Source of the DNA: Marsupella aquatica | Lineage: Eukaryota; Plantae; Marchantiophyta | Assembly: GCA_973895155.1 (NCBI GenBank) | Contig: OZ316893.1 | Location: 25,099,520-25,163,519 of the forward strand | Length of the DNA: 64,000 bases | Reading direction: 5' to 3' | Shown: piece by piece, positions 10,763 to 23,960 of the stretch | Layout of the letters: each line of letters begins with the position of its first letter | Numbering within the stretch: position 1 is the stretch's first letter | Made by a program: the position numbers and the translations under genes | Notes under the pieces: model-generated | The model's database searches: none | What the model saw: the letters and a program-made list of their open reading frames with translations, nothing else | Told to the model about the DNA's origin: nothing

Positions 10763-12175
10763 GATATGCTTGATGGGACCCCTGGCAGAACTGTTTTACA
10801 TCATGGGACCCTACAAAACTATTGTTATCAATTAGGACCCCTTTGACACTTTTATGTCAGAAGTTCTTGTATCAGTTCCCATAATGAATTTTTTCTTACT
10901 ACTATGACCAACAACAGCTACTGCAAAATTATGGTCAACTGTGCCTAAGCCATGAACTGCACGGTAGAAAACAAGGCCCAACCTTGGATGGTCAAATGAC
11001 ACGGTTGGGGAGAACAGCGGGATAGTGTCTGCCTGGAACTGTGGCCCAACTGTGATGTAACTTTAGTGAAGACAATATAGTCAATGTGTTCTAGTTTGAA
11101 TTTTTACTGTACAATGGTTTTTATCAGGTTTATTACGTGCAAGCTACCCATGCTCTTTTCAAGTTGTTTCTGATGTTTTTCTTGGTGCAACTGTCTGTGT
11201 GCTTGTAGCAGAAGGGAGTTTCCATCCAACAGCACGAAGGACATGATACAACTTGGCTAGGTGCAGTCATTGCTATGGATGTAAAAACAGGTGGAATATC
11301 AAGACTTCTAATACAATATTGGATCAAATAGTCATGACTATTGGCATTTATCAAAACATGTCCTCATGCTCACAATGTAACACACTTCTCTCAATATTTT
11401 GTCTTACTTTTCACTAGGCCAAAACCTTAGGATGCAAAGCCATCCTATAATTGCAAGTGAAAATGCATTCATATGATCAGGAAGGATGGAGAGCCCAGCA
11501 AACAACCTTTCATCGAGAAATCCAAATGGCCCAAGTTTATCGATACCAAGAGAATATTCAAATGGCTGGAGATGATGAACAGCAAGAGGGGGAAGAAAGT
11601 ACCATACACGCAGACAAATTTAACATATCTGAAAAGCCTAACAGCCCAACACATAGTTTTTCCAGCCAGTGCAGCAGGTCATGATAAAAAAATTGAGTTC
11701 ACAGAACAGATTGCAAGAGCTAAGTCTCAAAAGTTAATAATATCATCACTGATCACTAAGCAACAATGAATAGCCTAAGCCCACAAGAAATCTCCATTGC
11801 CATTGCCTTACCTCCGCCCACAATCATGAAAATAGCAAAACCCATGACAAAACAATGATTGCCCCTATAGCTGATGAGACTAAAGCAACACCACCAAATC
11901 CTAACTTATCTGAAGACATAAACCATAATGTCTTCACTAAATGACAGCCAAAGCATGCGTTAGTAAACTATAGGCAATTGCGTATGGGCAACCCTGACTG
12001 CAAATGGAGCGACTTGTTAAGCCATAGAACATACCTGCACAACGACATGGGAAGCTGAGGACCAAACAATGGGTCCATTTTTAGACCTCCATTTACAAGA
12101 ACATCCTACAGGGTTCATTAAGAGGGTCGTAGTAGGTAACAAAACTTTCATAAGCGCCCATCAAGCATATACCCC
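10763..12175. mobile_element. Non-autonomous Mutator-like TIR element (copy B), inverted sister of 3977-7338 without the NUMT
   Basis: Ends GATATGCTTGATGGGACCCC and CCCATCAAGCATATACCCC. 10763-11145 is the reverse complement of ~6960-7338; 11480-11620 is the reverse complement of 6540-6610 joined to 4545-4610. Confidence 0.75.
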
Positions 12176-12865
12176 CTAGATCCACTGTTTAGGTCTGATC
12201 TTATTTTTCAATCCCTCCCATCCTTTATTAGAAAATTTAAATTCTCTTTATATTGCAATTAGTCATACTAAATTGACACTTCATGTGCGAGGGATACCTA
12301 AATCATTTGTTAGCCAACCCTTCCCCGTTGAACTAGTACTCCTCACAGTTTTGTTTTCTAAGTTTATGGTTTCCCCTAAGTAAAGTCCATAAAAGGGCCC
12401 ACAACTTCTTAAAAAGAGACTACAACATTTCTTTGTGTGGCCAAACAGTTGTCTACTAGAAAAAGGACATGTGGGGATAAAAGTGAAGCAAACTCTTTGT
12501 AAGGCCATGAGTACTAGTGAGTGGGCACAGGTACCGAGTCCCTGAAACTAAATGTATTGTTGTTGGGTTCAGCTTTGTGGTGGGGGCCAAACATGCCTCC
12601 ACGTGTTTTTCTGTGCATATGATTCTGAAAATATAGTGTACAATACTAAAGAGAGCGTATTTATAACAGTTCAGCTTTTGTGACTAAACCTCTTTAGTCG
12701 ATAGCCTGGTTTTAATGTGGTAGTAAACTATTCAAGGCATTTCTACCAAGAAATGATTGATGATTCTTTTTTATCTCAAATCGTTTTATCACTAAACATT
12801 ACACGACAAGTTGATTAACTTCTCCTGAGGGGTACTCATGGCCTTTACTTATCTTTTCTGCTCAT

Positions 12866-13812
12866 TGATGGAGATACGGTATAGCTAGAAAATTTTAATA
12901 CCATTTGGGGTGGGTTAACCTGGTTAAGTAAAGTTGAAAATGAAGAGATTATTGGCCCACCATGTTGGGCATAGGGCACATACCTTGATGGAGATACCGT
13001 ATACCTAGAAAACTTTAATACCATTTGGGGTGGGTTAAGTAAAATTGAAACTGAAGCAACCTATGGACCACCATGTTGGACATAGGGCACATACCTTGAT
13101 GGAGATACCGTATACCTAGAAAACTTTAATACCATTTGGCCCTGTCTAACCTGGCGGGCAACTTGACGCCTTGCCGGGCACGTAAAACCGTCAAATGACG
13201 GCCCCAAAACCGGAAGTTTGACGCATATTCACCGAGATTCTCCCAAACTCCCCCGGACCCCCGGACCCTTCCCGAACTCCCCCCGGCCCCCCTGGACAAT
13301 TCTCGGACTCCCCCGGACACTTCCCGGACCTCTCCCGACCCGGTTCCCCCGAACCCGGCTCCCCCCCCCACCTGGACCGGCTCCCCCGAACCCGGACCGG
13401 CTCCCCCGAACCCGGACCGGCCTCCCCGGACCAGCTTCCCCCCGACCCCGGCCCCGACCTCTCCCGAACTCGGCCCGGACCCTTCCCGACCTCCCCCCAG
13501 ACCCCCCCAAACAATTCCCAGACTCCCCCAGATTCTCGGACCTCTCCTGAACCCGGCTCCCCCGAACCCCCTACGGACCAGCCCCCCCGACCCCGGCCCG
13601 GACCTCTCCCGAACTCAGCCCGAACCTCTCCTGAACTTGTCTAGGCCCAGACTGCTCCTGAACCCGGCTGCTGGGTTGTCGTTTTGCCGGAGTTTTTCGG
13701 CCTGTTTGACGGGCAAGGTCAAACCGGGCCATTTGGGAAGGTTAAGTAAAGTTGAAACTGAAGCGACCTATGGACCACCATGCATGTTGGAAGTAGGGCA
13801 CATACCTTTTGA
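12866..13812. repeat. Tandem repeat, ~110-bp unit x3; third unit split by an insertion
   Basis: Unit ttgatggagatac(c/g)gtata(c/g)ctagaaaa...ataccatttgg...gttaagtaaa...ccaccatgttgg...tagggcacatacc at ~12866, ~12986 and ~13096; the third unit resumes at 13737. Confidence 0.85.
13140..13728. mobile_element. GC-rich non-autonomous TIR DNA transposon with 8-bp TSD and C-rich internal minisatellite
   Basis: CCATTTGG duplicated at 13132-13139 and 13729-13736. Imperfect TIRs CCCTGTCTAACCT and (revcomp) CCCGGTTTGACCT. Interior consists of ccccgaacccggaccggct-like repeats. Confidence 0.75.
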
Positions 13813-14517
13813 TGATTACGAGTCCTACAAAAATTTCTAGGTCTGCACCTGCAAGGCAACTACGGGGAGGAAAGGAGGAGAGTTGCAAAAAGACAAGCCC
13901 AAATATTTCATGTGAACACAATAAAATTTACTCTAATGTACCTCTCCACATTGTAGAATGAAAAACTCAACAATAAAGGCCAAAAGTCCAGTCACTTTGA
14001 TGGAAGAATCCATACCACTAAGATATTCCTATGGATCTGGAACACAAGAGACCAAAAAGTGTATATTGAAGGTATCCCTGTTTTTGCACCTCAACCAGCA
14101 ACAGCCATTAATATACATAGAAAGAATACTCTAAGTGATGTAACATAACAATTGAATTTATCGTGGTCTAGAGGAAATTTATCTATTTTCTGTGCACATG
14201 CCACTTAACACAATACTCCCAGTATGGTGCTGCCTTTGGATGTGCATTTAACAAATGGAATTTTCAAGGATGACACTACCCAGGTATCATTGAAGCCTTT
14301 ACCATGGATGCCATCCCCACAGACTTCGTAGAATATTGTCTGTACTATACCTCCACATCAACACTCTACCATGACTCCCTAAATATTCAAGTTCTCCTAT
14401 CCAGGAGCTCTTATAACTTCCAGAACTGAGTTTTTCCCCATCCCGGTTTGGATAACTACTTCAGTATTACTCTGTGAATTTGAAATTCATAAGACTTGTT
14501 TCAGTCAAAGAGCATTT

Positions 14518-14745
14518 AAAAAATGAAATTAAATACGGTTATTCTGCGTGAATCCCATGGATGGGGGACCCCGCAGGCCAAATGGCAAAAGAGCCGCAAA
14601 TGGAGAGAAAACAAATTAAGAAGAGTAACCAAGGAAAAAGGAAGACCCCCAACAAAGTGATAGGGCACCGACCAAAAGTCCTCCCAAACCCAAGGCAAAC
14701 AGCATCATAGCAAAGTCTAGTGCACGACCCAGAACATAGTAGGGG
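14518..14745 (-). mobile_element. 5'-truncated non-LTR retrotransposon tail with 16-bp TSD
   Basis: cagtcaaagagcattt (14502-14517) and cagtcaaaaagcattt (14746-14761) flank a tract that is T/pyrimidine-rich on the minus strand; inserted into a ~70-bp tandem duplication. Confidence 0.6.
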
Positions 14746-14867
14746 CAGTCAAAAAGCATTTTAACCTTTTTCAAATATTACTCTGTGAATTTGAATTTCA
14801 TAAGACCTGTTTCAGTCAATGAGCACTTTACCCCTTTTCAAATTTGCTCCCGGGGTAAACAACGTCC

Positions 14868-15480
14868 TCAATTATCAGTTTTCATGCTCAAAAACTTCTG
14901 AATCTCAGTTGAGTAGTTGAGATGAGGCCTTTGCACCTCATCGCATCTGGGGGTGCATCTCAGTTGGGCAGCTGAGATTGACTCAATCTCTGCTGACCTC
15001 ACCAAGATAGGTGTATTGACCAAAAATAAAGGGCAAATAAAGGAACACTGAAATTTTGAACAAAAAAATATGGAATTATTTTGTGTCCGTACTATATGGA
15101 CACCCACCCAGTTCTGCCGACTGTATTTTTCATTATAGTTATCTCCATCAGTCAGCCTGATATCAGCTTGCCACCTCATCTCAAACGTTCCGCAGCCCCC
15201 ATAGTGAAAAAAATTTCAAAAAAACAAAATGTTCAACTCGGCGAACTCTTTAAGATGAGGTGGCAAGGTGATATAAGATGAGGTGGCAAGGTGATATAAG
15301 GTTGACTGATAGAGATTACTGATAATTGATGATATCTCAATTTAAAATTTTCTCCCTATTAAAATGTTCAACTCGGCAAACTCTTTTAGATGAGGTGGCA
15401 AGCTGATATAAGATGAGGTGGCAAGCTGATGTAAGGCTGACTGATAGAGATTACTGATAATTGATGATATCTCAGTTTAT
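14868..15480. repeat. Repeat family R1 copy with internal tandem sub-repeats
   Basis: 14868-15130 is the reverse complement of ~3060-3300. agatgaggtggcaag(g/c)tgat occurs four times in 15250-15430 and inverted at 15160-15182. Confidence 0.65.
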
Positions 15481-18400
15481 AATTTGCTCCCTATTCACAT
15501 ATTTTTTCTTACATTTATACATTTCAGTGTGCATTTTTAAAGCTTCTGATTCCGCCCAACTAAAGTCAGCTCTCGAGTATACGCTTGTGGATCCACTATA
15601 GGATAGTTTGGGTCCACTTTGAGGATTTCTGAGTGCATATGACATTTGCATGACAATTTTCACCACAAGAAACCCTTCTGTTTAGTTGTTATCTGGCTTA
15701 TGCTGTTCATGCTAACGTCTTTGATTCCCTCACCACATGCATCAGCCTGGCTCATGGGTTGACCTCATGTGTTTCTGTTGTTTTTTGTGTGACGTCTGAA
15801 GGCAGTAGTCAGTCAAAATGGCAGCCACTAAGACGGAAGTCAATAATATGATTAAATCCTTAGTTTTTGTGGGTTGATTGAATTTCTCATTATATAAAGA
15901 GACAGGAAAACCAAAGTACTACGAGGAGGGATCCAGGAAAGGGATACCATCAAAAGAGCAACCCGCTATATTTATGTTTAGGGCGGCAAAAATTCTTTGA
16001 ATTCCACCCCAGTGAAAGTTTGCGCATCTTTCACAAATTCAGGTTTGTGTCCTACTAGACAGCTTCCCATCTAGCCACATAAACACACTAGCCCTATTTA
16101 CTGTCAGAAATCAACCTACACAAATTAGATACAGAATAATTGTAGCCTCTCCCCTCGGAAAAAGTAATAAAAACCATCAAAATTAGGCTGAAACTGACAA
16201 CTTAATGTCAATGAGCACCTAAATGAAGAAAAACAAAATCGGGCGGAGTCTCCATTCTGGAACCAAAGCGATTTGGGTAGCATGAACCAAGGCAATTTGG
16301 GTAGCACGGGATCATGTATGGCATTGGTTCAAACACTGTGCATAACTATGAAATTGTAGTGTAAGGAGGCACCGGAGCAGTTATATTTTGGGCAGGTGGC
16401 ACTTGTGGATTGACAAGCCTAAGCTCTGTACAATCATATTATGATTGTTAGATCTATGTATGGTCAGATCTTGGACTCACAAGTTTGGCAAGTAATCACT
16501 AAAACTTTCTAAACACCTCTTTGTATCATTCACAAGCCTTCACCTGGTAGCAAAAGTGCAAAGTTTGTGAGGAAAGAAATACTGGTATGGAGGTGTGCAC
16601 CTCAAGAGTCATGCCAAATGATATAATATTTTTTATTCCTATGTGAGTCATTTGTAGTGGTGCGCAGTTGCACATACTCCAAGTTCCCACTATATAGAAC
16701 GATCACAGGGAACAAATAGCTTATATATGTAGAGAGATTACAGGGAATATTTGGGAACATTTATACTGCTATACTCGCAATCGAGCCCATATGCTTTTTG
16801 GGCAGTAGGACTATCCTTGTACAGTCCAGTAATTAGACAGAATGTTCAAAATTCTAAGAGAAAGTAAGGTGAACAGAAAAAACATTATTCTCTTAGTTTT
16901 TATTATGTGCTAGTTTAAATGCGTCACTGCTAGTCACCATGCAAAGCTCAAAAATGTTTGCAAAATGCCCTACTGAAAGGAGGCAATTTGCACTGTTGCC
17001 CAATGTCATCCACCACTACGGTCTTGCAATTGCTGAAGTGCTGTACCATTCTGTTGAAATGGTGGTGAACAGTTGAATCCGTGTTGGGGGGCCATCCAGC
17101 AGTATGGGCGTGGTATTATAGTTGACATTTGTAATAACCATCCTCCAACTTAGAGTAGAAATTAATTAAGTGCCCAAATTCAGTAGTTCAAGGGTCAATC
17201 ATTGAACAAGTCTGTTGGGTTACCTTAAACCTTGCTGAAGGATTACCACTTGGAAATGCATCCATCCTGGACGAGTGGATTGAACTAGTCCAGCACTCCA
17301 TGTTTTGCAGCTCAGTTAGCCATCTGGAAATCAGATTGAGGGTCAAGAAAGCAATAGTCAAACGCTGTTGCTCTGGTGTTTTTTCTAACGGATAATTGGG
17401 GTGGGGGAGTTTTCTCCTCTTCCTTCAAAATATCAAAAAAATAAATATGTCCACAGTAAATAGAGATTGTATTTTGCTGTATCAAAAACCAACCTGGAAC
17501 CCTTGGCACTCTATTTGACTCAATTTTAACAATCGGTTTGACTCTGTAGATTTTTTAAATTGTTGACTCTGTAGATAGTCAACAATTGGGTCATTTTTGG
17601 GCATATCAATAAAGGGGACTGAGGCTCAGGTCTGCCTGTTTCTATTATCAGTTGTTTGAATTGCTGGATTCTAAAACTACTAAATGTGGGTGTAATAACA
17701 TTACATCTGATTGTTTCAGAAGATTAAAAAAAACTAGTGACTGTTGACCACCTGAGTGCACTTTCTGGTGGTCTATTATATGCATGACCTGCTGCAAGGT
17801 TAAGAATTCATGCCATTTTCTATACCTTCAAGAAGAGATTGTAAGACTATGAATCAAGTTATTATGATCCAGATGTCAAATAACAACTCACAGTCAATTT
17901 TTTATTCTTCAGAGGGGACGTAGCCCATCAATATCAACCAAGGTGGCAAAGCTGCCTCTGAAGTGGTGACTTGCTCAAGGGGGGTTTCCCGCTTAAAAAT
18001 AAAATAATAAACCTTCTGATCAGCTACGCACAAAAGACATGTAAGGTAAGTTGAGGGGAGAAACCTGGACAAGGAAAATTCTAACCTAATTAAGCCATGA
18101 CACCCTTTAGACTGGAACTTGGCCCTTGTGAGGACTCAGAGGGGTTCCCTATCTTGATGTGCAGCATCCTTAAGTACTGTGGATTAATGTTGGCTCTCAG
18201 GTTAGTCCAGCACTACCCGTAATTGCCGTAGCAAGGGTGTAGACTACATACATAAGTGTATTTTCATCTACATGTGCATATGTGCATTTATCCCTTGTTG
18301 AAGATGATACTACCGTCTTCCCCCAAACACAAGGCCCGGGCGCTGTGTTTGAGTTTGAAGTCAATGTTTTCATTTTTTGGACTTGTGGTGCTATGTCCGA

Positions 18401-21400
18401 AATGTGGCGTTGTGTTCAAATTTAAGGTAATGTGCTTGAATTTTGGCATTGTGAGATGCATGTAGGGTGTAAGTATGAATGATAGGCATAGAAGTTATGT
18501 GTATTAGAGAGGAGTGTGTTCAAGTTTAGGTTGTTTGACTTCCCAAAAATATCTGCTCAGGTCAAAGGATGTGTAGCTAAATAATTGAACCACTGAAATT
18601 ACACAAGGGGGGATATCAAATTTGCAATAGAAAACAAAACCTGACAAACCATAGGTATCAAATGTACTATTATCACTTAGTAAAACATATTAGTCCACTT
18701 TTCATAGTTGTTTGGTTTACTGTGGCCAATTTGCTCGTTTCTATTATTTAATTTTTCTTCATGCAGTCTGAAATGTTTGTGAGACTGCTTTGTTTCTATT
18801 GGAGTGCCTCGATCTTGAGGGCAATGGAAAATTGGAAACAGAGAAAATGAGTTGTCAGACCTAATTATGCACGTAGGCACTATGGGTTTCTTTGATGAGA
18901 CGCCATGGCGTCAGTCAGAGGTTGGTGAAAGTCCATTGAAAGTTCACACAACAAAAGAGTCTTATCGATACTTCTGGATTGCTGCTTAACATTTTGGAAA
19001 CAGCACACACTTCTCCGAAAATGAAGGATTTTGAAATTAGTTTACATTTCTCAAAGGACAATGGACTTCATAAGTTGAAAGAGCGAATGTGTCGGACTAT
19101 TTTAGTATTGTAGTTGCAACCCGGTTACCTTTCTCCTATAATCACTTGTGCACATTTACGAACACAAAGTCAGTTTCAAACACAGCGCCCGGGCACTCTG
19201 TTCGGGGGAAGAGAGTAGTGGCACAGATACGCTGTCAATGCTGGCTGCCTGCCGGTTGTTGCCCGAGCCATGGGAAAGTGATATGGGTATAAACCATAAG
19301 AATTGGAACAGAATTTTATCCTGTAGGCTATGGTCACAAAGTAGATCGGTCCACTTGGATGGTGAAGGTGATGGATTCAAACTCCATGCACACACATTCA
19401 CTTTGCCCCAAACCCCTCCCAAAAGCGGGGTTCAGAACAAGCTCTTCTGACACTTTCAGACAATGGCATCAATGGAGTGGTTTCCAGAGTTTGGGTGTAT
19501 AATTGAGAGTCCAATAAGTTTAAACAGCTACCTCTAAAACGAGCAAGCTATATCCAAATGCACTTCCAGAGATTTCTCTGCCTAGCTGAATCTTCACTCG
19601 ATATTCGGGAACTTTCAACTTTTTCCCAGTCTCCAAGATATGATCGAGGCCATCCATTTGGGACACTCGATTGCAGTTAGCTTTACAAAAAGTTAAAGTT
19701 CGGGTGGGGGCAGTTTGTTTCTTTGTCTCATTGCTGATAATACAAGGACTCAAGGAGTGAAGTGGGGCCCCTTTTTTTTCATTTGCAGTACATTTTTGTC
19801 CTAGTTTCTACCTTGTTGGATTACGTGCTTGAGTGCTCCCTCGCTCATCACCTTCCTGGATGCGCTCCTGACACATTGTCTCCACAAAGCTGAGTTTGCC
19901 CATCGGTGGGCTTTGGGTGTTGTGCTTTTTGGGCGGTGCTTCTTTTATTTCTTTGCCTGGTTTTTCTTGGCCCTTTGGTTGTCCCCCTTGATTAGGTCTT
20001 TTGCTTGAGAGATCATGTCTCCTAATTGGACGACCTTTGGTTTTGACAGTTTGAAATATATATTGTTGGAGTTCTTTTCATCTGGAAGTTTGGTTCATTC
20101 TTATTTTGAGTCATTTATACTAAAAGTGTACCCACAAGTCCCAGATCTTCTCCAGAGAACCATGTGCGCGACTGTGTGGAGTGGGTCCCTAAGTTGTCTT
20201 TTAAATTGTCCTGTTAACACCACAAGTCCAGATATTCTCTAGAGAAATATGGGAACTTTGATTAATTTGGAGTGGGTTCCTGGAACTTGTCTTTCACCAA
20301 ATTACTCTATCACCAATTACTTCAGTAGCTTTACAAGAACTTGCAGGCCATAAGAGGATTCCAAAAACTCCTTAGCCCCAATACCCTTTCTTTAGTATCT
20401 AAAATTTAAACAGGCAAAGTAAATTAGTTTACAAAAAGGGACAAATAAAATACAATGAAGAACAAGCAAATGAAGTCGACAGCCGACAAAGACGGAACCC
20501 AAAAGAAGTGAGCTAAGGGAAACCCCAAAAACCTAGAGGAAAAGGAACAACACGCAAAGATCTACCAAAGCCAATGTGATGAGCTAATGGTCTATATTTA
20601 GTGTCACAAGTAAGCCTGGAAGTGGGGCATGGATGTCCTCTAAAGGGGCAATCCTCTGCAGAGGCACACAGCTACAGATGTTTCAATTGATTGATTACTT
20701 CAGCTTTGAGCATGATGTACCATCACCAAAATCTGGTGGCAAAAGTGTGTGGTCAAAACCCAGAGTGGTGGTCCCACGGATTTGAGATTCCCCATCGATG
20801 AATGCAGCAAGCTGCTGTCCAGGCTGTTGTCAATTAAAGGAACCCACTAAAGTGAGGATAGAGTCTCCCAAAGATCAAATTGCAAGCCGAAGGTACCTAT
20901 CTGGCCATCTGGGTGACTCTCATGCTGCATATTTTGCCTCTATGGTCGTTGCTGCCCATGCCACTGCTGCCCTGCTATAGTTGCCCTCCAGTTTGCTTTG
21001 GTAGTTTCAGTGCTCCTCACTGTTGGACAGCCACCCTTACTCATGCAACTTGTCCCCACTTTCCTTTAGTTGTTGATTCTCTTCAAAGCAGCGCTTTGCT
21101 TAGACAAAAAATAAAGCCCAATAAGAAATCGGGAGTAATAAGTTAGACCCTGAAAAGGTCAAAGGCAACAAACCACAGTGTTTTCTTTCCTTTCATTCTA
21201 CTGTTGTCAACAACTCCCACCAAAATAAACATCTGGACCCCATCTGTTTTTATTCGATTAAGATTGAATTGGAGCGCACTGCACAGGGCCTTCCTATGGT
21301 GAATCCGAAGTCAGCAGTGTTACTGCAACAGCAAATGCCAGTTTCACCTCCTTAAATGTAACCTCTTCCATTTTCTTGTGAACTTACTGTATTTCGGTCT

Positions 21401-21652
21401 GCTGTCTAGCTTGTCTCCTGCATTCTTCCATTCTTTAGTCGTCTTGAGGCATAGTTTCCTGTTTGTAATGGTCAAAATTTCTGAACCTAATGTGCAGGAC
21501 TTCTGCTTCGTAGAGAAAGGCAGGGACGGCGTCAGCATTGTGTGCCGCTGTCGTGGGTCACCACATGTGTCTCACATCTAAATTGTAATAGTAATTTCCC
21601 CTGTTCAGTGTACCGCAGATTACTTAGAAACAGAACAGTCCCTTTCGTTCCT

Positions 21653-21880
21653 TCAAAGTTGTACAACTGATCTGGTTAAATATCGAATCTTCTCCACTAC
21701 AGTGGCTTTCGAGGCGTGGTATACTTCACTAATATCCTGCGCAATACTTTTGGCGTCGAACGAAGCACCTAGAAGTCCTGTACGTCCCAATCCAACCGCA
21801 TACAGACCTCTTTCACCTTTCCACAATTGTTGCAAAGATGGCTTCGGAAAACCATCTTGGGCAAAGAAATTCTCTTCATC
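21653..21880 (-). pseudogene. YUC: Orphan terminal exon of a YUCCA flavin monooxygenase (indole-3-pyruvate monooxygenase family)
   Basis: DEENFFAQDGFPKPSLQQLWKGERGLYAVGLGRTGLLGASFDAKSIAQDISEVY matches the YUCCA C-terminal WKGExGLYAVG...GLLGAS.DA..IA.DI motif. The exon starts at the usual post-WLK intron position, but the acceptor reads CGG instead of CAG, and no upstream YUCCA exons are visible in the ORF track. Confidence 0.8.
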
Positions 21881-22699
21881 CCGTATTAGAGGGCATTACA
21901 TATGAGTCAAGATGAGTACAATCTCTTTCACAATCGCCTAGAAACAACTTAAGGTCACAGAATTATGATCAGTACACTACTGCACTAGAGAGTGAATTAA
22001 ATTTTTGAATCTCATTATGATTTCTTAGGAAACTGGTAACTCACTTCTCGTCGGCGGTTATTGACAATCAGACAGAACGCCAATCATAATTCCATACATT
22101 GACTTCCAATCATAATTATGTATGGAATGTTTTCAGAGAGTGCTGAAAGTGAGAAATGATAACCCTTAGACTATCGACACACTTTCAAGAGGAATGCCTA
22201 GAGTTGGCCCACATCGAGAAGGCAAGAAGACAAGTAGATAGAATTATGATTGGCATAAGCAGTGCAACTAACAGAAACGCAGTCAATCTCTGCACTTTCT
22301 GCACTCATTCGGAAGGTTAGTTTGGAAGGTAACCTTCTGCCGCTGCGGGATTCTTAACTGCCATGCTATGTTGTTTTATTTAATTAGTTACTTATTACTT
22401 CTAGAATTGAACCACAATTCACAAAAAAGGTAGGCAGTTTGTTACTCGCGGTAAATAAAACTGAGTTGCAGGCCTACTTAGGGTAAATAAAACAGTTATT
22501 TTTGATTATTTTTTAATGAACATTTACGGCATGGCATCCTCAATTTTACCAAAATCCTGCTGCAAACACGAATGTTGGCATAATTTCATTGTGTAAACCA
22601 ATCCATTCCTGTTTGCAGCGCGCCATGATGATGTGGCGTGCTGTGGAGTCAGGAATTTTGGAAGGGACCTCTAGTGGGGTCCGTAATTATAAGTAGAGT

Positions 22700-23960
22700 A
22701 ACAACAAGTCACATATCCAAAGCAAATCACCTAAATAACTACAGCAAAGTGAGGCTTGACTGAATCCAGAGAACAGGAAGAGATCGACCAGTAAGATCTG
22801 AGCAAGTATCCATCAGCAAACCTCCTAAAATGATTAACCATGTGCAAAAGCAAAGAACCAGGAAAAGTAACATTAAAAACCAAGGATCACGGCAAAAGTA
22901 AAGAGAGTAACAGGACCCCAAACTAGATGAGATCAAGGAGGGTCGAAAGCCTACAGAGGAGGCAGCTTCACAAGAAAACACCCCTCCACCAGGAAGAAAA
23001 GCCCTCCATCACAAACAAAGTCACACCAGCTTACCAACCAACCCTTGCCAGCGACCTCCACCCTTCTTCAAATGTTGAGTAAGCCTTTGTTCCTTTGTAA
23101 GTTTCATACACATACAAATCTTTATTTTAACACCCATTTCAGAGAGTCTGACCTGCTCCTTTTCCAACCAACAATGAGCCTTCCATCGTGGCCCGTTGGC
23201 AATACCCCAAACAGAATTCCAGAGTTTAAGAGGGACCCCGTCGCTTCTTGTTAGTGTTGCCCCAAGAATGGGATGAACAGCCTCACACTGAAAAGGCAGA
23301 ACCTGTGACCCTAAAGCCTATTGAATGATCTGTGCAATCCCCAACCAAATTCTCTGAGATTCAGGACACAACCACTAATAATGAAGGATATTTTCAGGGG
23401 CAGAATTGTTGCATCTAATAAGGGGGGCTTTACAAGACCGCATGGCCGTTCAGTCTCTCCATCAAAAGCAAATGGATATTTCCTTACACAAAAAGTTAAA
23501 ATGCCTAATCCAAAATGTGTCAGGTCTGGAACCAATCAATGCAATTCCCTGAAAATAAGTGGCCCTTTGCTCCAGGTGTTTTAGACCCCCTCTCAAGTGG
23601 AGGTCCAAGTTTCTGACAAACAAGCTTGCACACATCATCAAAAAAGGGGGGCCCACAAAGGCCCCACTGACACATGACTAGATTCATTTATGCTTTTGCT
23701 TGATTGTGCCCCCAAGTTCATGTAAAGTGAAGTGTGACCAATTCACACATGTGAAGCTTAAGATTGCATCTCACACTTAGAAAAAAGGAATTAGAAAAAA
23801 GAATTGTTGCCCCAAATTTCTTGTAAAGCCACCCTCTGGCACCATTACTCAGCATGATTTGGAGGGAAAGGGATATTATTAGTGGGAGTGGTATTTCTTC
23901 CAAGATAATGTTTAGTTGCAGTGAGGCCAATAATGGGTTCTTTGCCTTAGGAAATTTATC
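22700..23960 (-). mobile_element. Highly degraded LINE remnant (ORF2 C-terminal region and 3' UTR)
   Basis: Trp-rich broken frames and a pyrimidine-rich tail on the minus strand, similar in composition to the 3' end of the intact LINE; no long ORF. Confidence 0.35.

Noticed and set aside
3977-12175. One giant 8.2-kb element from the 3977 TIR to the 12175 TIR
   Set aside because: No TSD, and internal TIRs at 7338 and 10763 pair these ends into two separate sister elements.
13126-13550. Gly/Pro/Arg-rich ORFs on both strands (extensin- or collagen-like)
   Set aside because: By-products of the GC-rich minisatellite inside a TSD-flanked insertion; open in many frames.
12866-15480. Short repeated units considered as a CRISPR-like array
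   Set aside because: Units are contiguous tandem repeats without unique spacers, the context is eukaryotic, and no cas genes are present.
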